A stretch of DNA of 64,000 nucleotides. Origin: Octopus bimaculoides (Eukaryota). The notes below the pieces were generated by a model. That model was not told the DNA's origin, searched no databases, and saw only the letters and a list, made by a program, of their open reading frames with translations. The stretch is taken from positions 110,541,969-110,605,968 of the forward strand of contig NC_068982.1 of the NCBI RefSeq assembly GCF_001194135.2, in the 5' to 3' direction. Both the position numbers and the translations under genes were made by a program. This document shows, piece after piece, positions 56,527 through 64,000 of this stretch (positions within the stretch are counted from its first letter, which is position 1; each line of letters begins with the position of its first letter).

Positions 56527-59052
56527 TGCGTCATAGGAAATCTGCAAAAACAAGACAAATTCTCCAGATAAAAGTGATACAAAAAGCCACACATCTTTAC
56601 TTCAATGATTACTGTTGTAACATGATTTTCTATATTAGTGTAAAAATCTTGGATGATCTCTTGTACAGAGGTGTTTCTGAGGAGGAGTCACTTTTAAGTA
56701 ATAACAAATTTTGGTTCTAAAAATGAAACCAGGCTGTTAGCTATAACTTCAACTCCTTGTTCTTAAGTGCTCATTCTATAGGAACCATTGGAACCTGGTA
56801 TTTAGTTTCCACTCCATTCAACACTTTACCTGCAGATATTTATCAAGGAGAAAGAGGGAAAGGGATGAGTATCAACTAAATGTCAAATATTTTCAGATAT
56901 GACCAACCTACCTACCCACTACCAAGATTCCCTTTATCTCATTTTATCAAGTTTATCTTAGTTAAACTCCACCACTCTTTCTTAGTTAAACTGCCAAATC
57001 TCTGCTGACCTAGCTGTACCTGGGAAATACAATTTCGTTTATATTCAATATATTAAAAAAAAAAAATCGACAAAAAGCTGATTACCTCCCTTCAAAGAAT
57101 AAGTGCAGCAACAGTAGCCCTTAGTTCATCTAACTGTTGATACTTAATTAAATAAACTACTCAGATATTCGTCATTAATGAACCAAAGGAGCTTCTATTT
57201 AGTCAACTAGTTGCTAGAAATTTAGCAATTTAGTTGCTAGAAATAGCAACCAAATCTCCCTTAAAACACACATCCTACCACTTATTAAAATAAAAAAAAA
57301 CACATTGGATATTATCCTTACACACTTTGTTTGAAAAATGGTGAGATGTTCAAGGCCTTTGATCATAAGTCTACTTGACCAGATTTGCTCTGAGATAAAC
57401 AATGAAAACAAAGATTGGTATTCTGGCTATACATAGACACAAATATACAAGGAACTGAACTTAGTACAACTCCTTATTGAACCATTTATCAATTTTATGT
57501 TGCTGCCACTGCCTATAACAGCAAGCAGGTCAGATTGGTACCTATTTAGAATTAGGTAATGTGAGGCATTTGAATGATGTTTTGGATATGTTTCTTTTCA
57601 TACCAGCTGATAATACATATTCATTGAATTATCGTACATAGAGGTGGAATGTTGAAAAGTATTGTACTACATACTTGGCAGTCAAGAGTTCAAATGTGTT
57701 TCATTGTAAGAACCCTATACTCAACATTGCTTTAGTTCACCTGTCAAGGAATTGGGTACTAAAACATCTCAGAATGTTGACTATGCTAGGCTAACAGTCT
57801 AACCAGGGGAATAGTTATTTCTTATTTGTTTCTCAGGGCCAATCACTGGCCACAAATTCTCAGCAGTGAAGCAATGGAAATTGCACTAAACAACTCCTTC
57901 TTATCCTCTTGAGCCTCATTCCTTACTCAGTGACCATATGTATAATTTCTACAGAGCCAGATGTATCTAAAACTTGCTCTATGTCATCATTAGTTTCACA
58001 CTCTCACCAAATTTAGCAATAACAATGTTGCTTTTGATACAAGTAAAAATTGTGATCTTGCCTGGTATATGAACTCAGTAAAACCCGTGACCTTGCCTGG
58101 TCACCTATAGGTCCCATCACTTGAAATGAGTTTTCTATCAGATTACATTCTAATAAGTTTGGCCAGGTACTTCTTTAAGTGCAGTAATTAAGTCCCATGG
58201 TAGAATATTTATCCAAAGACTATGCCCTAAAAATTGAATACAGAATATTTAAGGCCAGAATCTTTTTAATCATAGCTGACTTGGGAGAGGGGAAGGGAGC
58301 TAAACAACATTAAGCAGACACGAGATGAACTGTTCCCTGTAAAAAAGAAACATCAGCTTACATCTCGTATATAAGGTGTTATGTTTAGACTCAGATTTGA
58401 TGTGATTGAGGAGGTCTATAATCAAAGGCAATCTAGCCGTGACCTCCTTATTTTTTGTATTTTATTTTTTAGGCATAGTGATAGTGTGCTTCCCTTTTTT
58501 AAGATGTAGTATAATGTCATTTGTTGAAGATTTCTAGCATGTCGATGGAAATTTGATCATTGTCGTTTAGCCCCAGATTGAAAAAAACCCCTATGATTAA
58601 AGGCATTCCAGTCATGATCATTCCATTTCTATTTTAATTTAATGTGTCTAGGATCACCTTATTTTAATACGCTCGTTTCTCTTTTTCAAGCTGATAGTTG
58701 TAATTAGAGGGAAATTCAGGTATCATTTATTGCGGGTCAAGCGGCTATACAGAGGATCCTTAGTTTGTTTATATAGTAATTGATAACTAATGTCACTAGA
58801 CAAACATATACAACGGAACAGTTGACCTATACTAGTCTTTCTATTTATGACATAAAAAAATAAAAAAAGGTTTTTAATTACATACTCCAACATTGTTAAC
58901 GGGTTAATACGAAAACTATATATTAAGTTATTTGTCTATTAATTCACATATATTCTTTCATTGGTGTATCTTTCCAAACATCACGCTTAAGTAAATAGTT
59001 ATATATGTATGTGTATATATATATATATGTATGTGTATATATATATATATAT

Positions 59053-59115
<63 letters not shown>

Positions 59116-59577
59116 ATGTGACCGTGAGAAGGGCTTGATTCCTATTTATAGTGATTGTATTTAGAAAAGATAGTAAAAATAATACAAGTAACTTTAAAAC
59201 AAAATCACTTCACCTTGGGATCATGAAATCATTGATACAGGGGTCATATTTAACAATACAAAGAATACCGAATCCTTTATTGACGTTTATAAATATGCTA
59301 TAATCTCACGATTAAGTATTATATTAAATAAGAAGACTAATGTCGAAAAATAGAATTCATAATAGTATTTGCGTGAAATATTCGATAAAACTCTGACTTA
59401 CCGAACAAATTACAACCAAAGCACCTGCAACATGTGCATTACCGGTGTTCACACAAAATATATCGCGTTGTATAAAATGGACATAGACGACGCGTTATAT
59501 ATTTTTGTCTTTTATTAAATTCTTTATCTGCTGAGGTTGGCTTTTGCTCTCTGACGTAAAATATTTGTGCACATTTA

Positions 59578-59790
59578 CACATGTATGTATGTATGTATGT
59601 ATGTATACGTACGTGTGCATGCGCGTATGTGTGTTTACGTATGTATGTGTGTATGTATGTATGTATGTTTACGTACGTATGTATGAGTGTGTGTTTACAT
59701 ATGTAAGTATGTGCGTGTATGTATGTATGTATGTACGCACGTACGTATGTATGTGATGTATGTGTCTGTTTATGTATGTATGTATGTATG
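59578..59790. repeat. Degenerate (TATG)n/(TG)n microsatellite
   Basis: Direct inspection. Confidence 0.9.
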
Positions 59791-59824
59791 ATGTGTTATA
59801 TATATTTTTTAATTTTTAACACAT

Positions 59825-61009
59825 AGGCGTAGGAATGGCTGTGTGGTAAGTAGCTTGCTTACCAACCACATGGTTCCGGGTTCAGTCCCAATGCATGGNN
59901 NNNNNNNNNNNNNNNNNNNNNNNNNNNNNNNNNNNNNNNNNNNNNNNNNNNNNNNNNNNNNNNNNNNNNNNNNNNNNNNNNNNNNNNNNNNNNNNNNNNN
60001 NNNNNNNNNNNNNNNNNNNNNNNNNNNNNNNNNNNNNNNNNNNNNNNNNNNNNNNNNNNNNNNNNNNNNNNNNNNNNNNNNNNNNNNNNNNNNNNNNNNN
60101 NNNNNNNNNNNNNNNNNNNNNNNNNNNNNNNNNNNNNNNNNNNNNNNNNNNNNNNNNNNNNNNNNNNNNNNNNNNNNNNNNNNNNNNNNNNNNNNNNNNN
60201 NNNNNNNNNNNNNNNNNNNNNNNNNNNNNNNNNNNNNNNNNNNNNNNNNNNNNNNNNNNNNNNNNNNNNNNNNNNNNNNNNNNNNNNNNNNNNNNNNNNN
60301 NNNNNNNNNNNNNNNNNNNNNNNNNNNNNNNNNNNNNNNNNNNNNNNNNNNNNNNNNNNNNNNNNNNNNNNNNNNNNNNNNNNNNNNNNNNNNNNNNNNN
60401 NNNNNNNNNNNNNNNNNNNNNNNNNNNNNNNNNNNNNNNNNNNNNNNNNNNNNNNNNNNNNNNNNNNNNNNNNNNNNNNNNNNNNNNNNNNNNNNNNNNN
60501 NNNNNNNNNNNNNNNNNNNNNNNNNNNNNNNNNNNNNNNNNNNNNNNNNNNNNNNNNNNNNNNNNNNNNNNNNNNNNNNNNNNNNNNNNNNNNNNNNNNN
60601 NNNNNNNNNNNNNNNNNNNNNNNNNNNNNNNNNNNNNNNNNNNNNNNNNNNNNNNNNNNNNNNNNNNNNNNNNNNNNNNNNNNNNNNNNNNNNNNNNNNN
60701 NNNNNNNNNNNNNNNNNNNNNNNNNNNNNNNNNNNNNNNNNNNNNNNNNNNNNNNNNNNNNNNNNNNNNNNNNNNNNNNNNNNNNNNNNNNNNNNNNNTG
60801 TGTGTTTGTGTGCCTATGTTTGTCCCCCCCAATATCGCTTGACGACCGATGCTGGTGTGTTTACGTCTCCGTAACGTAGCGGTTCAGCAAAAGAGACTGA
60901 TAGAATAAGTACTAGGCTTACAAAGAATAAGTTCTGGGGTCGATTTGTTCGACTAAAGGTGGTGATCCAGCATAGCCACAGTCAAATGACTGAAACAAGT
61001 AAAAAAGAG
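59825..61009 (+). mobile_element. SINE family B with 8-bp TSD, spanning a ~920-N gap
   Basis: TAACACAT at 59817-59824 and 61010-61017. Head before and tail after the gap. Confidence 0.8.
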
Positions 61010-61894
61010 TAACACATTCTTCTGAGAAGGAGGGGCTATGCTTATGTTGTTGCTTAGCTCTAAATCAACCCTGATCAAGCTAATATATCATCAAAGTCAT
61101 TCCACTCATGATCATCTCGTCTTTCTACTTCAAGACAGGACAGGACATGTTGCATGTAAGACAAACATTATCCCTTGTGCTTTATTCACTTTTTTGAAGA
61201 GGAAACGGTTCGGTTTGAGTGAGATTAATCTGCTACATCGAGCGAGTACGCTCAGACTGAAGAGGTTGATATTGAATTGGAATTCATGCAGATTGACGAT
61301 TGTAAAGAAAACCCGATTATAAAACTGCTACGTGTGTTTTTCTTTTATTCGGTCAGAAAAGGCGGCTGGTGATTATTCCTTTAATTCTGGAATGTCTCCT
61401 CCAGTCAGGTATGTTCGATACAGTTGATAATCTGGTTGAGCTTCTGTTAGGAAACCATAGGTAAGGAAAAAGTTGAAGGTAGCTGCTGTTTTGAATAGGA
61501 GAGGCTGAAAAGTGTTTAGTGAAAGCTTTAGTGGGGATATTCTTTATTAATGATAGGAGGTCAAGAAACAGGCGTATTTAGTTTGGTTAGGAATAATACA
61601 CAGTTTGATAGACAAAGAAGCAAGAACAATCGAACAGCAATGGAAATGTTGCCTAGAATGTTTGTGTGCAAATATTCTAGACAGCATATGTATCCATATT
61701 TTTGTAGATAGAGCATGAAACTTTGTGTACAGCCGTTTTGGCGCTGCCCATTTGGTATTACGATTTGACGCTGACTTACTTGACATTAGAAGTTGTTCCT
61801 CCCCAACTCTGTCTCTCTGTGTTTGATCATATTTTTTATGTGTATAAGGAGAAGGGAAAAATGTATGTGAATCGGAATCAGTTAATAAAATCGT

Positions 61895-61992
61895 AATCTC
61901 TCTTTCTTTCTCTTCCTCTTCTCTCTCTTTCTCTTCCTCTTCTCTCTCTTTCTCTTCCTCTTCTCTCTCTTTCTCTTCCTCTTCTCTCTCTT
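61895..61992. repeat. 21-bp pyrimidine minisatellite (~4.5 units of CTCTTCCTCTTCTCTCTCTTT)
   Basis: Direct inspection. Confidence 0.9.
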
Positions 61993-62351
61993 TGTGTATC
62001 TTTCGGCGCACGCACGTTTGTCTTGTGCCAAAAATTACTGGTGACGAAAAACAGGTTCAATGTCCAGTCAACCGTGTCAAGTCACCAGTGTCCAACGTAG
62101 GCAGTAATCTTATGAGAGTGATGTGTATTACGGTTACTTTTGATTATTTTTGCGATGTACGCCCTTTGCATACATATGTACAAATGCGTATAAATATTCA
62201 GATGAATAAATATTTTATTTCTAATATTTTTATCCGAGAGGGAGGAACAGTGTTTGTGTTTGCTGTTGTTTAGCCTTTATCGAGCAGACGTATGGTCAAA
62301 GACATTCCACCTATAACAGCCATTCCGTAATCTAGTATGTAATATATTCTG

Positions 62352-62375
62352 TTAGGGTTAGGGTTAGGGTTAGGG
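62352..62375 (+). repeat. Interstitial telomeric repeat (TTAGGG)4
   Basis: Four perfect units. Confidence 0.9.
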
Positions 62376-62469
62376 TGTTGAAATATGGTATAAATGTGTT
62401 GAAATATGGTAACTCATTTGCCTTGCTTTTTTGAAGATTTATATTAAGTAATTTTGTACCAAATTTTCC

Positions 62470-62530
62470 ATGCAAAATACGGGTTGCGACTTATACACGA
62501 GCACAACTTATACACGAATAAATACAGTAT
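62470..62530 (-). mobile_element. Tc2/pogo-type terminal inverted repeat remnant
   Basis: cgacttatacacgagcacaacttatacacgaataaatacagta; reverse complement TA|CTGTATTTATTCGTGTATAAG resembles Tc2-type ends. Confidence 0.5.
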
Positions 62531-62564
62531 ATAGACGCACACATATACGCGCACAAAGACACAG

Positions 62565-62595
<31 letters not shown>

Positions 62596-64000
62596 TCTCC
62601 TCCCTTATACACATATTCCTCTTGAAAGACTGTATGTTCGCAGTTGCAGAAAAAAACATATGCAGGGATGGGGTTTTTAGAAAGTAGACTGAGGAAGGAA
62701 TCGCAGTTGGGATTATGTGGGCCTGGGGTGAAAGGATGTACACAGTATGGATGACAAGAGGAATAGCTGCATTGGGGAGGTGGGATACGTGTGTCTAAAT
62801 GTGATAAGATTCTTATTAGACATAGCTACAGGAGCAGCAAAGTTTTCAGTACAACTGTAACTAACTTTAACATTATTTCATTGAAGATTAGGTAAAATTT
62901 ATTATTCGTGGGTGTATTTCTTAAATGAAGTTTAGCAATCATCTCACAATATCAAAATAACATTCTGATATAAACGTGAATAAGAAATATATTTTATTGA
63001 TGTTTTCTATCTGCAATATTTTGTCTGCATATATAATATATTTTCTTTAAAGCTGTTTTTAATGCATTCTTATAAATAGCAAAGCAGTTGAAAGACTCCT
63101 CGAAAGAGAATACATCAAAGATTCGTTCGAAAATCTTACTAAATTTTATAAAATAGTAAAGTTAGATGTAGATCAAAGTTTTTATAAATGTATTGTAAAA
63201 TTTCATTGGGTAGGCTACATGGGTTGTATTTTCCAATGTTTAATTTTTCTGTTATGTTTAAGAAATTAACAATATTTATGTTGGTACTAACAAAGTTATT
63301 TAAGTTAAATCTTTAATTTATGTTAATTAGGTCTTTCCTATCTAGAAAGAGGCTGTTTTTATTACGTGAGATAATCAATCCATCGAATTTTGCTCGGAAT
63401 GAGTCTATGATGAATAAAACTATTAACTTAGATTTCATCAAAACATCTAATGGGATGACAAATAGTTCCGTATTACTACGTTTGACTAAAAAATGAATCA
63501 TAAAAAAAGAAGTAATTTTCTAGAGTGCATAATTATGTTATGTACACACTCATAATTAGGGTAAATATATAGAATTTTAAAACCATTTGAAGACGTTCGG
63601 CTAGAGATGGGTAAAACTCAACGATATCAAATCGTGTGTATTTACTGTTATGCTTATCATTTCCGCCATTAAGCCACTTTATAGCAGAGATACTAGTATT
63701 CTAAGGGCTTGGTTGGTGGTTTGTTTAATGCTAGTTTTAATCGATCCTAAAATAGCCTTGTTTTAACTAATTTGCTTTTAGCAGGATTTATAAGTCGGAG
63801 TTTCGGTCTGCTAAAAGTTATTTTTATGTTTTCTTTTTAATGTTATTTTGAGGTTAGCCGCAAATTCTTTCTCTTCTCTGTTAATTAAATTATATGTATT
63901 ATTTTTAAATATGTTTATGTAAAATTGCCAGAAAGATATCTTGTAGACGTAGGGTTTTCTGTCTTACATATTTTTGCTTCATCAGATAATATATATATAT

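Noticed and set aside
59843-60874. Long ORFs in the track spanning N runs (also 15539-15931, 20409-20945, 36563-36978, 41545-42338)
   Set aside because: Open only because Ns contain no stop codons.
61547-62011. 154-aa ORF with KEREEEE repeats
   Set aside because: The repeat is a 21-bp CT minisatellite and the rest shows no recognisable domain or splice context.
63540-63960. Possible mitochondrial rRNA NUMT
   Set aside because: AT-rich appearance only; I could not find any conserved 12S/16S motif.

Overview
AT-rich, repeat-dense eukaryotic DNA with several N gaps. The SINE, RTE and microsatellite landscape looks like a coleoid cephalopod, probably Octopus (inferred from repeat resemblance, not proven). 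Three protein-coding genes are supported. (1) An intronless 480-aa glutaredoxin(CVHC)-DEP-DUF547 gene, class-IV glutaredoxin architecture, minus strand 4790..6232. (2) TVP23 (FAM18-family Golgi membrane protein), plus strand, join(6360..6377,30224..30300,31163..31317,32679..32758,34318..34443,37112..37240,39581..39664), 222 aa, with a ~23.8-kb first intron. Its ATG is only 127 nt from the divergent ATG of gene 1. (3) PTCD1 (mitochondrial PPR protein), minus strand, 9 coding exons from 56526 to 41388, 743 aa, tail-to-tail with TVP23. All introns were traced by hand, are GT-AG and are phase-compatible. The rest is transposon debris: at least four SINE families, RTE/Tx1/CR1-Jockey-like LINE fragments, a decayed Gypsy element, Tc1/mariner elements, MITEs and microsatellites. 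The most notable points are the very compact bidirectional Grx-DEP-DUF547/TVP23 unit in a CpG-retaining block, a head-to-tail SINE stack with swapped tails, a chimeric two-family SINE inside one 13-bp TSD, and two in-frame TE-derived candidate alternative exons. No prokaryotic features and no genuine tRNA/rRNA genes were found.
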